From: Ignavibacteria bacterium | GTDB taxonomy: Bacteria > Bacteroidota > Ignavibacteria > Ch128b | Assembly (NCBI GenBank): GCA_026415235.1 | Contig: JAOAHM010000097.1 | Location: 5,878 to 69,877 of the forward strand | Direction: 5' to 3' | DNA: 64,000 nucleotides | Part shown: piece by piece, positions 20,567-31,032 of the stretch | Layout: each line of letters starts with the position of its first letter | How positions within the stretch are numbered: the stretch's first letter is position 1 | The notes under the pieces: model-generated | The model's database searches: none | Told to the model about the DNA's origin: nothing | Seen by the model: the letters and a program-made list of their open reading frames with translations, nothing else | Position numbers and translations under genes: made by a program

Positions 20567-21193
20567 CTATTTTTTATTTTCTGTAATCATTTTTATTAGG
20601 TTATAGATGAATTCAAATCTTTTGTGAAGTTCTTCGAGAGTACCATTATTGTAAATGACAAAATCCGAATGCTCTTCCGCAATATCAGGATCAATTTGAT
20701 ATTGTATGCGTTGATAAAATTCATCAGGTGTTGTCTTATCTCTTTCAATTGTTCGTTTGAGACGCAAATTCAAATCAGACTTTAGCAACACAATCAAGTC
20801 AAATTTTTTCTCAATACTTGCTTCGAAAACAAGAGCCGATTCTACAAAAACTCTTTTCCTATTTCGTTTATTAAATTCTTTCTGTGCGAGTCTTTGAATT
20901 TCAACGATTGTTGGTGGGTGAACTATTTTATTAAATTTTTTATAAAGCTCTGGATCGGTAAAAATTTGCGAGGCTATGAATTTTGTATTTAGCTCATTGT
21001 CGTTAAGGTAGGCTTGATTTCCAATTAGTTTGATTATTTGTTCTTTCACAATAGATTTGGTCGTCATTATCTTCTTTGCAACTTGATCCGAATTAATGAC
21101 GACCTCATTTTTTTCTAACAGGTATTTTGAGAAGAGTGATTTACCTGTTCCAAGTCCACCAGTAATAGCAATCAAGAATTTATCTTTTGGCAT
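20567..21193 (-). CDS. coaE: Dephospho-CoA kinase
   Basis: ITGGLGTGKS P-loop, DQVAK, VHP, ESAL..E motifs. Confidence 0.92.
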   Translation of the reverse strand: MPKDKFLIAITGGLGTGKSLFSKYLLEKNEVVINSDQVAKKIMTTKSIVKEQIIKLIGNQAYLNDNELNTKFIASQIFTDPELYKKFNKIVHPPTIVEIQRLAQKEFNKRNRKRVFVESALVFEASIEKKFDLIVLLKSDLNLRLKRTIERDKTTPDEFYQRIQYQIDPDIAEEHSDFVIYNNGTLEELHKRFEFIYNLIKMITENKK

Positions 21194-21204
21194 TAATCAA
21201 AAAA

Positions 21205-22767
21205 TTATTTCGCAAATGCAATTTTGCGAACTTCTCGAATAACTACAACTTTAATTTGACCAGGGAATTCCATCTCTTCTTGAATCTTTGCAGCAATTTC
21301 TTGTGCTAATTTTTCTGCTGCAATGTCATCTATCTTTTCATGTTCAACTACCACTCTAACTTCTCTACCAGCTTGAATAGCATAAGTTTTTGCAACACCC
21401 TCAAAAGATTTTGCAAGAGACTCAAGTTTTTCAAGTCGCTTTACATAAGATTCAAGTGGTTCTCTCCTTGCACCTGGTCTTGCACCACTTATTGCATCAG
21501 CTGCCTGAACTATTGCAGCAATTGGATGTTCCATCTCAACATCTTCGTGATGCGATGCAATAGCATTGACTACAATTGGATGTTCATTAAATCTTTTCGC
21601 TACTTCGGCACCTAACAAAGCATGAGGACCTTCAGAATTTTTATCTAAAACTTTACCAATATCATGAAGTATGGCACCTCTTTTTGCAAGAACAGGATCA
21701 AGTCCCAATTCAGCTGCCATTATTCCTGCTAAAACTGCTACTTCTTTGCTATGTTGTAAAAGATTTTGCCCGTAACTTTGACGATATTTCATCTTACCGA
21801 TAAGTTTCACTAACTCTGGATGCATTCCATGAATACCAAGTTCAATTAAGGTGTTTTCTCCATCTTCAATAATTTGTTCTTCTAAATCAATTTTTACTTT
21901 TTCAACTACTTCTTCAATTCGTGAAGGATGAATTCTACCATCGGCAATTAATCTTTCAAGGGCAACTTTTGCAACTTCTCTTCTAAATGGATCAAATGCC
22001 GAAAGAATTACTGCTTCAGGAGTATCATCAACTATTACATCAACACCTGTTGCAGCTTCGAAGGCTCTAATATTTCGTCCTTCTTTACCAATGATTCTAC
22101 CTTTCATTTCTTCATTTTGAATCTGAATTACACTCACCGTAGTCTCCACTGAATGATCAGCTGCTGACCTTTGAATTGCTTGAACAATAATTTTTTGAGC
22201 TTCTTTTTTTGCTTCAGCTTTTGCTTCATCACGAATTTGCTTAATCATTTGCTGAGCTTCTGTTCTGGCTTCATTAATTAAATTTTCCACCAGCATTTTC
22301 TTAGCTTCTTCCTGAGTCAGTCCAGCAATTTTTTCGAGTTTGAGAGTTTGTTCGGTTATTATGTTATTTAGTTGTTGAGTCTTATGCTCAAACTCGGCAA
22401 TTTTTTCATTTAGTTTGTTTTCAAGCTCTTGAAGTTGTTTCTCTTTTTTCTCAAGAAGCTCTGTTTTTTTATCAATCGCTTCTTCACGAATTTTGAGCTG
22501 TCGTTCATAATTTTGAAGATTATTCTTCTTAGTTGTTACTTCCTGTTCGAAAGCTTGTTTTTTCTTGAACCATTCATCTTTAACTTCAAGAAGCTTTTCA
22601 CGCTTAATGTTATTGGCTTCTCTTTCAGCTTCTTCGATGATTTTTTTTGCTTGTTTTTCAGCAGAAGCTATGCTCTGTTTTCCAACTTGAGAATTAAGTG
22701 CCCAACCAATAAAGAACAGAGCAATACTAAAAATCACAATCAAAGGTATCAGTATATAAAGTTCCAT
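21205..22767 (-). CDS. rny: Ribonuclease Y
   Basis: N-terminal TM, coiled coil, KH domain (GRIIGKEGRNI), HD domain (LHDIGK); start set to ATG 22767. Confidence 0.97.
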   Translation of the reverse strand: MELYILIPLIVIFSIALFFIGWALNSQVGKQSIASAEKQAKKIIEEAEREANNIKREKLLEVKDEWFKKKQAFEQEVTTKKNNLQNYERQLKIREEAIDKKTELLEKKEKQLQELENKLNEKIAEFEHKTQQLNNIITEQTLKLEKIAGLTQEEAKKMLVENLINEARTEAQQMIKQIRDEAKAEAKKEAQKIIVQAIQRSAADHSVETTVSVIQIQNEEMKGRIIGKEGRNIRAFEAATGVDVIVDDTPEAVILSAFDPFRREVAKVALERLIADGRIHPSRIEEVVEKVKIDLEEQIIEDGENTLIELGIHGMHPELVKLIGKMKYRQSYGQNLLQHSKEVAVLAGIMAAELGLDPVLAKRGAILHDIGKVLDKNSEGPHALLGAEVAKRFNEHPIVVNAIASHHEDVEMEHPIAAIVQAADAISGARPGARREPLESYVKRLEKLESLAKSFEGVAKTYAIQAGREVRVVVEHEKIDDIAAEKLAQEIAAKIQEEMEFPGQIKVVVIREVRKIAFAK

Positions 22768-22793
22768 AAGCCATCTCTCTTTCTTTAATATTA

Positions 22794-23017
22794 AACCGCT
22801 CCAGAACTTCAAGATAGGAATTGAGAACCTATCTCTGACACAGTGGGTGTTAGCTCAAAAGCTTTTTACTTCCACCGAGCTAAGTGATTGTTTTCGCAAC
22901 AAATTCACTTAGCTTCTCGCCATAAGCGAGTGAGGCCTGTAATACGCTCTTGAAGTCTAACTCCCTTGGTTTTAGGTGTTAGTCCTCAATTTTTTTCTTT
23001 AGAAGTCTGGAGCGGTT
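22794..23017 (-). ncRNA. ssrS: 6S RNA (core rod about 22820-22990, enclosed by an outer helix 22794-23017)
   Basis: zapA-[RNA]-rny position typical of 6S loci; closing stem AUUGAGGAC..CCU / AGG.UUCUCAAU, central bubble, inner stems GGG/CCC, GUUAG/CUAAC, CUUCAAGAGC/GCUUUUGAG. Confidence 0.75.
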
Positions 23018-23030
23018 AGAAGTGAATCTT

Positions 23031-23321
23031 TTATTCGGAAATGCCTTCAAGAAGCAAATTTAATTTATTCAATCGCTCAGTTGCTTCTTGATAAGTTTTA
23101 TTCGCTAAGTCTTTCTCAATATATAAATCGTTAGCAATATTTAATGCTGCAACTGTAGCGATTGTTTGTGGAGGTTGACCCATCATATCAGTACTTAAAT
23201 CGTTCATCAAAGAATTTACATATGCGCTAACATCTTTAGCACGTTCTTCGTCTTCAACCACTAAAGTAAATTCTTTATCGAATATTTTAATTTTCAACTT
23301 TTTATTTGAAGACATTTCCAA
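23031..23321 (-). CDS. zapA: Cell division protein ZapA
   Basis: KIKIFDKEF, A.YVN..M, ATVAALNIANDL motifs; position after pheT and a coiled-coil gene. Confidence 0.88.
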   Translation of the reverse strand: MEMSSNKKLKIKIFDKEFTLVVEDEERAKDVSAYVNSLMNDLSTDMMGQPPQTIATVAALNIANDLYIEKDLANKTYQEATERLNKLNLLLEGISE

Positions 23322-23325
23322 TGAG

Positions 23326-23637
23326 TTAATTGTTTAAGTATACTTCTATCCTCTCCAGAATCTCAGAAATACGGTTTTTAAGATTTTGTCTTTCTTTTTC
23401 AGAAATAACAACCGTATTTCTTGCTTTTTCCAGCTGATCCTTCAAATTTTCAATTTCTTTTTCTTTTTCGCTTAACTGACTTTTTAATTCGTTCAGCTGG
23501 CTTTGTAAATTTAATAATTCGTTTCTTAATTCTGAATTCTCTTTTTTTACACTATTATATCGGACAATAAATTCTTGAAGATTTTTTTCAAGTCTTGATA
23601 GTTCTTCTAAAAATTTTGTCCGATTTGAATTTTCCAT
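23326..23637 (-). CDS. Small coiled-coil protein (ZapB-like)
   Basis: Heptad coiled coil across the whole length; conserved pheT-X-zapA position. Confidence 0.65.
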   Translation of the reverse strand: MENSNRTKFLEELSRLEKNLQEFIVRYNSVKKENSELRNELLNLQSQLNELKSQLSEKEKEIENLKDQLEKARNTVVISEKERQNLKNRISEILERIEVYLNN

Positions 23638-26042
23638 TAATTAAGTTTCCTTAACTCAATGTTAAATTCTTTTTCAAGTGCTTTTGTTATTCGACCAATT
23701 TTTTCTTCAACTTCTTCGGCAGTTAAAGTCTTTTCGTAAGATTGAAATTCTAATCGTATTGCCAAACTCTTTTTATTCGATTTCTTCGGATCAAAATATA
23801 AATCAAATAGATAGACATTTATTAACAACTTATCTGCGGACTTCCAAATTGTTTGTTCAATTTTTTCATAAGGAATTTCATTATCAACAAAAAAGCTTAT
23901 ATCTCTTTCAACTTTCGGATAATTTGATAATTTTCTAAAACTTACTTGTTTAATCGGTAAATTTCTAAGTAAATCTAAATCAAACTCAGCAATGAAAACT
24001 GGTTTTTCTACATCAAATTTTTTGAGATAATTTTCATGCATTTTATATAAAGAACCTATGTAAGTCTTATCAATAAATACTTTAATTTCAATGGAATAGA
24101 ATTCATTTTCTGAAGCATAATAAGAAGTGAAATTAATATTGTCAAGCGACAACTTTTCTAATAATGCTTCAACTAATCCTTTTAAATAAAATATATCTGA
24201 TTGAATTGCGTTTTCTTTCCAATTTTTATCAACTAACCTTCCAGTTAAACATATAGCGAGTTTTTCTATCTCAACATAATCATCAATATTTTCAACTTTA
24301 TCTTTTTTAGCAATCATCACTCGACCAATTTCAAAAAGTTGCAAATCAAATTCACCGAAACGGTGATTTAAGGCAACTGTTTTAATCAAACCTGGAATTA
24401 GACTCGGTCTTAAATTGGAAAGTTCTTGACTGATAGGATTCAAAATTTTTACTGATTTTAATCCATCAAAATTCGCTTCTTCTTCACTTAATAAGGTATT
24501 GTTCATCACTTCATACAAACCATAACCAGTCAAAATTTCTCTGATTTTATCCTCGTATCGTTGCTGAATTTTTTCAATTGAAATTTCAAAATTAATTCGA
24601 GAGTCACCAGGAATCTTATCGTAACCATATATTCGAGCAACTTCTTCGATTAAATCTATCTCCCTTGTTAAATCTGGTCTATAGGAAGGTATAGTGCAAA
24701 GTAAAATATCACCATTCGTTTTCTGAACTTGAACTCCTAATCTTTGTAATATGTCAGCTACTTCATCACGTGTCAGCTCAATTCCAAGTATTTTATTTGT
24801 TCTTGAAATTCTTAATTCAATTTCAATATCATCGAACTTGACAGGATTTTCATCAATGTAACCAGAGACAATTTCTCCACCTGCAAGTTCAGCAATTAGT
24901 TGTGCAGCTCGATTTGCTGCAAACAAAGTATTTTTATAATCAACACCTCTTTCAAATCTGTAAGATGACTCAGAAGTCAAACCAAGTTTTTTGCTTGTTC
25001 TTCTAATACTTTTTGGATTAAAATAAGCACTTTCAATAATTACATCTTTTGTCTGCTCAGAAATTTCTGAGTTAGCACCACCCATTACTCCAGCAATTGC
25101 AATCTTCTTTTTTGCATCACAAATCATCAACATTGATGAGTCAAGAATTCTTTCTTTTCCATCAAGTGTAATAAATTTTTCTCCATCATCAGCATTTTTA
25201 ACAATAATTTTATTACCTTCAACAAGTCTTGCATCAAAAGTATGCAATGGCTGACCAAGTTCTAACATCACAAAATTTGATACATCAACTACATTGTTTA
25301 TTGGTCTTATACCGACATTTAACAAATAGTTTTTTAACCATTGTGGAGATTCTTTAACCTTTACATTTTTAACCATTCTTGCACAATATCTTGGACAATC
25401 TTTCTCATTTAAAATTTCTACTGAAAGATATTTTTCAATCTTTTCGTCACTTTCAACAATATTAATTTTTGGAAGGACATATTTTTTCTTAGTAATGGCA
25501 GAAAGTTCTCTTGCAATCCCGATATGACTTAAAGCATCAGGCCGATTTGGTGTAATACCAATCTCTAATACAAAATCATCCATACCAAGATATTCTTTGA
25601 ATGGCATTCCAACTGGAGCTGAATTATCAAGAACTAATATTCCTGTGTGATCTTCTCCTAATCCTAATTCTTTTTCGCTACAAATCATACCGAAAGATTC
25701 AACACCACGAATTTTTGCTTTCTTTAACTTCTCACCTGTTCCAGGTATTACAAGACCAATTGGAGCAAAAACAATTTTCTGACCAACCTCAACATTTGGT
25801 GCACCACAAATTACTTGATGGACTTCTTTACCGTCGTTTACTCTACAAACGGTAAGTTTATCAGCATTTGGATGCTTCTCTTTCGAAATTACTTCACCTA
25901 CTACAAAACCTTCCAAAGATTTACCAATCTCTTCAATTCCTTCTACTTCGAGACCTGCATTGGTCAATATATTCTTTAAATCCCAAACTGTGTAGTTTGA
26001 AATATCAATGTAATTTTTCAACCAATTAAGTGATACTTTCAT
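23637..26042 (-). CDS. pheT: Phenylalanine--tRNA ligase beta subunit
   Basis: [50 protein letters not shown]-terminal FDX-ACB. Confidence 0.97.
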   Translation of the reverse strand: MKVSLNWLKNYIDISNYTVWDLKNILTNAGLEVEGIEEIGKSLEGFVVGEVISKEKHPNADKLTVCRVNDGKEVHQVICGAPNVEVGQKIVFAPIGLVIPGTGEKLKKAKIRGVESFGMICSEKELGLGEDHTGILVLDNSAPVGMPFKEYLGMDDFVLEIGITPNRPDALSHIGIARELSAITKKKYVLPKINIVESDEKIEKYLSVEILNEKDCPRYCARMVKNVKVKESPQWLKNYLLNVGIRPINNVVDVSNFVMLELGQPLHTFDARLVEGNKIIVKNADDGEKFITLDGKERILDSSMLMICDAKKKIAIAGVMGGANSEISEQTKDVIIESAYFNPKSIRRTSKKLGLTSESSYRFERGVDYKNTLFAANRAAQLIAELAGGEIVSGYIDENPVKFDDIEIELRISRTNKILGIELTRDEVADILQRLGVQVQKTNGDILLCTIPSYRPDLTREIDLIEEVARIYGYDKIPGDSRINFEISIEKIQQRYEDKIREILTGYGLYEVMNNTLLSEEEANFDGLKSVKILNPISQELSNLRPSLIPGLIKTVALNHRFGEFDLQLFEIGRVMIAKKDKVENIDDYVEIEKLAICLTGRLVDKNWKENAIQSDIFYLKGLVEALLEKLSLDNINFTSYYASENEFYSIEIKVFIDKTYIGSLYKMHENYLKKFDVEKPVFIAEFDLDLLRNLPIKQVSFRKLSNYPKVERDISFFVDNEIPYEKIEQTIWKSADKLLINVYLFDLYFDPKKSNKKSLAIRLEFQSYEKTLTAEEVEEKIGRITKALEKEFNIELRKLN

Positions 26043-27061
26043 ATTCCCCTGAATTGTCTTAAAAATCTTAAATCATTCTCAAATAAAATTCTAATATCAT
26101 CAATCCCATATTTTAGCATTGCAATTCTTTCGATTCCCATTCCAAAAGCATATCCAGTGTAAATTTCTGGGTCATAGTTAACAGATTGAAAAACATTTGG
26201 ATCAACCATCCCACAGCCAAGAATTTCAAGCCAGCCAGTGTATTTACAAAGTCTACATCCTTTTCCTTTGCAAATAATACAACTTACATCCATCTCTGCA
26301 CTCGGCTCAGTAAATGGGAAAAAACTCGGACGAAATCTAATTGAAACATCAGAACCATAAAACAATTTTGCGAAATTAATTAGTGTACCTTTAAGCTCTG
26401 CAAAAGTTACATGTTTATCAACATACAATCCTTCAACTTGATGAAAGATACAATGACTTCGAGCTGAAATCGCTTCGTTCCTAAAAACTCGTCCAGGTGC
26501 AATAATTCTAATTGGAGGTTTATGAGACTCCATATAACGAATTTGAACAGGTGAAGTATGTGTTCTTAACAATAAATCTTTTGAAATGAAAAATGTATCC
26601 TGCATATCTCGAGCAGGATGGTCTTCAGGAAAGTTTAAAGCAGAAAAATTGTAGTAATCAGTTTCTAATTCTGGACCCTCAGCAATTACAAATCCAAATG
26701 ATTTAAAGATATCCCTAATTTCATCTAAAGTTTTCGTGATTATATGCTTTGACCCAATTCTCGGTTTAATACCGGGTAGAGTAAGGTCTTCTTTAAGTTC
26801 AATTTCCTTTTTCTTTGGAAATTTTTGAAGAAGAAGCTCGTATTTTTCTTCTAAATCCCTTTTTAAGAGATTTAATTCTTTTCCAAATTGTGGTTTTTGT
26901 TCTTTTGGAATTTCTTTTAGTTGGTCAAAAAGATTGGCAAGAATACCTTTTCTACCAAGAAATTTAATTCGAAAATTTTCTACTTCTTGGTAGGAAGAAA
27001 TTTTTTCAAAATCTTTAAGAGCTTCTTCGGCAACTTTTCTGATTGTTTCAAGAGTTTCCAT
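26039..27061 (-). CDS. pheS: Phenylalanine--tRNA ligase alpha subunit
   Basis: [36 protein letters not shown]; start set to ATG 27061. Confidence 0.97.
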   Translation of the reverse strand: METLETIRKVAEEALKDFEKISSYQEVENFRIKFLGRKGILANLFDQLKEIPKEQKPQFGKELNLLKRDLEEKYELLLQKFPKKKEIELKEDLTLPGIKPRIGSKHIITKTLDEIRDIFKSFGFVIAEGPELETDYYNFSALNFPEDHPARDMQDTFFISKDLLLRTHTSPVQIRYMESHKPPIRIIAPGRVFRNEAISARSHCIFHQVEGLYVDKHVTFAELKGTLINFAKLFYGSDVSIRFRPSFFPFTEPSAEMDVSCIICKGKGCRLCKYTGWLEILGCGMVDPNVFQSVNYDPEIYTGYAFGMGIERIAMLKYGIDDIRILFENDLRFLRQFRGI

Positions 27062-27076
27062 AGTTTTTAAAATAGA

Positions 27077-27100
27077 AATTCCCTGCAAGTGCAGGGAATT
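27077..27100 (-). terminator. Intrinsic terminator-like hairpin after rplT
   Basis: Perfect 10-bp stem AATTCCCTGC-ACTT-GCAGGGAATT followed by TCTATTTT on the minus strand. Confidence 0.7.
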
Positions 27101-27104
27101 CAAA

Positions 27105-27452
27105 TTAATTCATCGCAAATTTTACAATTTCGGAGAATGCCTTTGGATTTTCGTAAGCAATACTTGCAAGTAATTTTCTATCAATGCCAACTTGTTTCTC
27201 TTTCAACGCATGGATAAGTTTTGAATAAGTTGTACCATTCAATCTTGCTGCAGCATTAATTCTTGTAATCCAAAGTGATCGGAAATGACGTTTCTTTAAT
27301 TTTCTACCGACATAGGAATGAAGCAAAGCTTTTTCAACTGAATTTTTTGCAATCGTGTAAACTTTGCTTCTTCTTCCCCAGTAACCTTTAGCTCTTTCCA
27401 AAATTTTCTTTCTTCTTCGATGCGATGCGACTTTATTTTTTGATCTTGGCAT
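27105..27452 (-). CDS. rplT: 50S ribosomal protein L20
   Basis: [27 protein letters not shown]; SD GAGG. Confidence 0.98.
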   Translation of the reverse strand: MPRSKNKVASHRRRKKILERAKGYWGRRSKVYTIAKNSVEKALLHSYVGRKLKKRHFRSLWITRINAAARLNGTTYSKLIHALKEKQVGIDRKLLASIAYENPKAFSEIVKFAMN

Positions 27453-27469
27453 AACAATTTACCTCATCA

Positions 27470-27664
27470 TTATTGTTGTAACATAATTTTAACTCTTTTT
27501 TGATCTGCCTTAGAAACTAATGTTGGTTTTCTAAGTTTTCGTTTACGTTTTGAAGATTTTTTTGTAAGAATGTGACTTCTATAAGCTTTCGATCTTTTGA
27601 ATTTACCTGATGCAGTTTTTCTAAACGACTTTGCTGCACTCTTATTTGTTTTCATCTTAGGCAT
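27470..27664 (-). CDS. rpmI: 50S ribosomal protein L35
   Basis: [20 protein letters not shown]; between infC and rplT. Confidence 0.97.
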   Translation of the reverse strand: MPKMKTNKSAAKSFRKTASGKFKRSKAYRSHILTKKSSKRKRKLRKPTLVSKADQKRVKIMLQQ

Positions 27665-27673
27665 TGGAACACC

Positions 27674-28219
27674 TCAATTTGATTTTTTCGCTTTACTTTT
27701 ATCTAATGTTAGGATTGCTGTCATCGCTCGACCTTCAAATTTAGGTGGACTTTCCACTCGAGCGATATCGTTTACTTTTTCAATTAATCGATTTAATATC
27801 TCTTCGCCTTTTTCTGGATAAATCAATTCTCGACCTTTATAAATCACTGTCGCCTTAACTTTATAACCATCAAGTAGAAATTGTCTGCAATGCCTTGCCT
27901 TAAACTCAAAATCGTGCTCATCCGTATTTGGATGAAAACGAATTTCTTTAACTTCAACTACAGCTTGTTTCTTACGCTGATTCTTCTCTTTCTTCTGGAT
28001 TTCATATTTATACTTACCATAATCAATAATCTTGCATACTGGTGGCTTGGCATTAGGAACAATTTCTACTAAATCCAATCCTTTTGCTTCTGCTAATTTT
28101 AAAGCATCTCTCGGAGGCATTATTCCGAGTTGAGATCCATCAACGTCAATAACTCTGACTAATGGAACTCGAATTTGTTCGTTTATTCTTAACTCGCGGT
28201 TTGAATCTTTCGAGCTTAT
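27674..28219 (-). CDS. infC: Translation initiation factor IF-3 with non-canonical ATA start (181 aa)
   Basis: Frame continues 33 codons upstream of ORF-track ATG through RINEQIR.P.VRVID to ATA at 28219; AGGAG SD 7 nt upstream; in-frame TAG two codons further up. Confidence 0.93.
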   Translation of the reverse strand: MSSKDSNRELRINEQIRVPLVRVIDVDGSQLGIMPPRDALKLAEAKGLDLVEIVPNAKPPVCKIIDYGKYKYEIQKKEKNQRKKQAVVEVKEIRFHPNTDEHDFEFKARHCRQFLLDGYKVKATVIYKGRELIYPEKGEEILNRLIEKVNDIARVESPPKFEGRAMTAILTLDKSKAKKSN

Positions 28220-28233
28220 AACCTATCTCCTAT

Positions 28234-30159
28234 TTAATTGTGTAATTGTTTTGTTTTTATTTCGTTTAGAATTAACTCTACAAATTTAGTTAATTCATAT
28301 GAACCCAGATCGCCTTTTTTATGTTTTCTAACGCTGACGGTATTTTCTCGGGACTCTTTTTCGCCAACGATTAACATGTAAGGAACTTTTTGTGTTTCCC
28401 ACTCTCTTATTTTGTAACCAACTTTTTCATTTCTCTTGTCTAATTCTACTCTGATATTATTTTGGAATAAAATGTCATAAACTTTTTGTGCATAATCTAC
28501 AAAATTTTCTGAAATCGGAAGAACAACTACTTGAATTGGAGATAACCAAGTTGGAAAATATCCTGCAAAATGTTCTGTCAATATTCCAATGAATCTTTCA
28601 AAACTTCCAAAGATTGCCCGATGAATCATAACAGGTCTTTTTCTTTCATCATTTTCATCAATGTATTCAAGTTCAAATCTTTCGGGCATCTGAAAATCTA
28701 ATTGAATTGTTGCAGTCTGCCAAGACCTTCCAATTGCATCTTTAATTTGAATATCAATCTTTGGTCCGTAGAATGCACCTTCACCTTCTTTAATTTTGTA
28801 AGTGATGTTATTTAGTTCAAGTGCTTGTTTTAAAGATTCCTCAGCTTGATTCCATAAACTGAGGTCACCCATTGCTTTCTCAGGACGTGTTGAGAGATTG
28901 TAAGTTGGTGAAAATCCAAATAAAGTATAAAAATCATTTATTAACTTTAATAGTTTAGTTATCTCATCCAAAATTTGATCAGGCCTTACAAATAGATGTG
29001 CATCATCCATTGTGATTTGACGAACTCGAAGCATTCCACCTAAAGCACCAGAAATCTCATTACGATGAAGACGACCAATTTCTGATAATCGTAAAGGTAA
29101 ATCTCTATAACTTCTTAACTTTGATTTATAAATGATGGTGCTTTCGGGACAATTCATTGGTTTCAAACTATAGATTTCATTATCAACTTCGAGTACAAAC
29201 ATATTTTCTTTGTAATGGTCCCAATGTCCCGATTTTTCCCAGAGAGTTTTCTTGACCATTATTGGTGTAGAAATTTCCTGATAACCTTGCTTATCTAAAG
29301 TTTCTCTCAAAAATTTTTCTAACTCTCTGAAGATAATCATTCCCTTTGGGAGCCAGAATGGAGCAGCAGGTGCAATTTCGTGGAAAAAGAAAAGCTCAAG
29401 TTCTTTACCCAATTTTCTATGGTCACGTTTCTTAGCTTCTTCAAGTTGAGTTAAATATTCATCGAGTAATTTTTTCTTCGGAAAGGAAATACCGTAAACT
29501 CTTTGCATCGGTTTGTTGTTTGGATCACCTTTCCAAAAAGAACCTGCAACTGAGAGTAGCTTAAAATACTTTATTTTACCCGCATTTGGTAAATGTGGTC
29601 CTCTGCATAAATCAACAAAATCGCCTTCTTCGTATATGCTTACTTGTTCTTCACGACTATCAATATCTTTAAGTAATTCTAATTTATATTCATCCCCTTT
29701 TTTCTTAAAGAAATCAACTGCTTCATCAACGGAGACTTCTTTTCTAACAAATGGCTTTGCTTCCTTAGCCAACTCTGCCATTTTCTTTTCAATTTCGATT
29801 AAATCTTCGGGAGTAATTTTTCGGTCTACATCAACATCATAGTAAAAACCATTTTCAATAGCAGGACCTACTCCAAATTTTGCTCCAGGGAAAAGCTTTT
29901 CAATTGCATGTGCCATCAAATGAGAAGATGAATGCCAATAAACTTCCCTGCCTTCTTCATCATCAAAAGTTAGGATTTGGATTTCAGAATCTTCATTTAT
30001 TGGAGTTGTAAGTTCTCTAATTTTGCCGTTTATTTTAATTGCTAATGCTTCTTCAGCGAGGCGATGACTAATAGACTTAGCAATTTCTTCACCGGTTATA
30101 CCAGCAGGAAATTCTTTAATCGAACCGTCTGGAAATTTTATTTTTATATACTTATCCAT
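28234..30159 (-). CDS. thrS: Threonine--tRNA ligase
   Basis: TGS domain, HSSSHLMA, DLCRGPH, RDHRKLG, KPMNCP, AFYGPKID, HRAIFGSFERF. Confidence 0.98.
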   Translation of the reverse strand: MDKYIKIKFPDGSIKEFPAGITGEEIAKSISHRLAEEALAIKINGKIRELTTPINEDSEIQILTFDDEEGREVYWHSSSHLMAHAIEKLFPGAKFGVGPAIENGFYYDVDVDRKITPEDLIEIEKKMAELAKEAKPFVRKEVSVDEAVDFFKKKGDEYKLELLKDIDSREEQVSIYEEGDFVDLCRGPHLPNAGKIKYFKLLSVAGSFWKGDPNNKPMQRVYGISFPKKKLLDEYLTQLEEAKKRDHRKLGKELELFFFHEIAPAAPFWLPKGMIIFRELEKFLRETLDKQGYQEISTPIMVKKTLWEKSGHWDHYKENMFVLEVDNEIYSLKPMNCPESTIIYKSKLRSYRDLPLRLSEIGRLHRNEISGALGGMLRVRQITMDDAHLFVRPDQILDEITKLLKLINDFYTLFGFSPTYNLSTRPEKAMGDLSLWNQAEESLKQALELNNITYKIKEGEGAFYGPKIDIQIKDAIGRSWQTATIQLDFQMPERFELEYIDENDERKRPVMIHRAIFGSFERFIGILTEHFAGYFPTWLSPIQVVVLPISENFVDYAQKVYDILFQNNIRVELDKRNEKVGYKIREWETQKVPYMLIVGEKESRENTVSVRKHKKGDLGSYELTKFVELILNEIKTKQLHN

Positions 30160-30185
30160 ATAATCTTAATTCAAATAAAACATTG

Positions 30186-30193
30186 CAAAAATA
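30186..30193 (-). promoter_or_regulatory. Putative -7 promoter element TATTTTTG upstream of thrS
   Basis: TAnnTTTG match 26 nt upstream of thrS ATG. Confidence 0.45.
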
Positions 30194-30262
30194 GAAAATT
30201 AAAGGGAGGTATTCAATCATTAATTCAACTAAATGCACATAATTAATAAAAATTAAAAGGAG

Positions 30263-30336
30263 TGGGCTCGACAAGATTCGAACTTGTGACCTCTTCCATG
30301 TCAAGGAAGCGCGCTAACCAACTGCGCCACGAGCCC
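30263..30336 (-). tRNA. tRNA-Val(GAC), CCA not encoded
   Basis: GGGCTCG/CGAGCCC acceptor, CTTCC-TTGACAT-GGAAG anticodon arm, GTTCGAATC T-loop. Confidence 0.96.
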
Positions 30337-30351
30337 ATTCAAATTTTCAAG

Positions 30352-30437
30352 TACCGAGGGCCGGACTCGAACCGGCACGGACCCGAGGGTCCACAGGATT
30401 TTAAGTCCTGTGCGTCTACCAATTCCGCCACCCCGGC
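30352..30437 (-). tRNA. tRNA-Leu(TAA), CCA not encoded
   Basis: GCCGGGG/CCTCGGT acceptor, CAGGA-CTTAAAA-TCCTG anticodon arm, long variable arm, GTTCGAGTC T-loop. Confidence 0.96.
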
Positions 30438-30460
30438 AGCATTTCAAAGAATTTGCGTTA

Positions 30461-30468
30461 CAAATTTA
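30461..30468 (-). promoter_or_regulatory. Putative -7 promoter element TAAATTTG upstream of tRNA-Leu/tRNA-Val
   Basis: TAnnTTTG match 23 nt upstream of the tRNA-Leu 5' end. Confidence 0.5.
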
Positions 30469-30506
30469 AGTGATTGATTTTTCTTTATCAAATTATTTTT
30501 GATTTT

Positions 30507-30971
30507 TTATAACTGTTGATAAAGATTTGCTAATTCAATTGCGGTACTTGCTGCATCAAATCCTTTGTTTCCTGCTTTCGTTCCTGCTCTTTCAATTGCT
30601 TGTTCAATTGTATCTGTTGTTAAAACTCCAAAAACTACAGGTACACCAGTTTCGAATGATGCTTGAGCCACTCCCTTCGAAACTTCTGAAGCAATGTAAT
30701 CGAAATGTGGTGTCTCGCCTCTAATTACACAACCAAGGCAAATCACTGCATCAAATTTTTTTGATTGAGCTAATTTTTTTGCGACAGCTGGAATTTCAAA
30801 CGAACCTGGAACCCAATAGACTTTTATATCGTCTTCATTGACATTATGTCGTACTAAACAATCTATAGCTCCATCTAAAAGTTTTTCAGTAATGAAACTA
30901 TTGAACCGAGAAACTACAATGGAAAACTTTAAATTTTTTCCATCTAATTTACCTTGAAATGTTTGAATCAT
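30507..30971 (-). CDS. ribH: 6,7-dimethyl-8-ribityllumazine synthase
   Basis: [20 protein letters not shown]; start set to ATG 30971 (SD AAGGAG). Confidence 0.96.
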   Translation of the reverse strand: MIQTFQGKLDGKNLKFSIVVSRFNSFITEKLLDGAIDCLVRHNVNEDDIKVYWVPGSFEIPAVAKKLAQSKKFDAVICLGCVIRGETPHFDYIASEVSKGVAQASFETGVPVVFGVLTTDTIEQAIERAGTKAGNKGFDAASTAIELANLYQQL

Positions 30972-31032
30972 GATTGACTCCTTAACTTTTTTCATACAAA
31001 AATTTTGCTTCGTTCTTGAAGTTTAATTTGAA

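Noticed and set aside
22429-22788. 119-aa plus-strand ORF antisense to rny
   Set aside because: Phe/Leu-rich shadow of the Glu/Lys coiled-coil codons of rny; no recognisable motif
30152-30220. Possible 22-codon leader ORF (MIEYLPLIFYFCNVLFELRLYG) overlapping the thrS start
   Set aside because: No Thr codons, no SD and no attenuator hairpins; a putative promoter lies inside it. No T-box either
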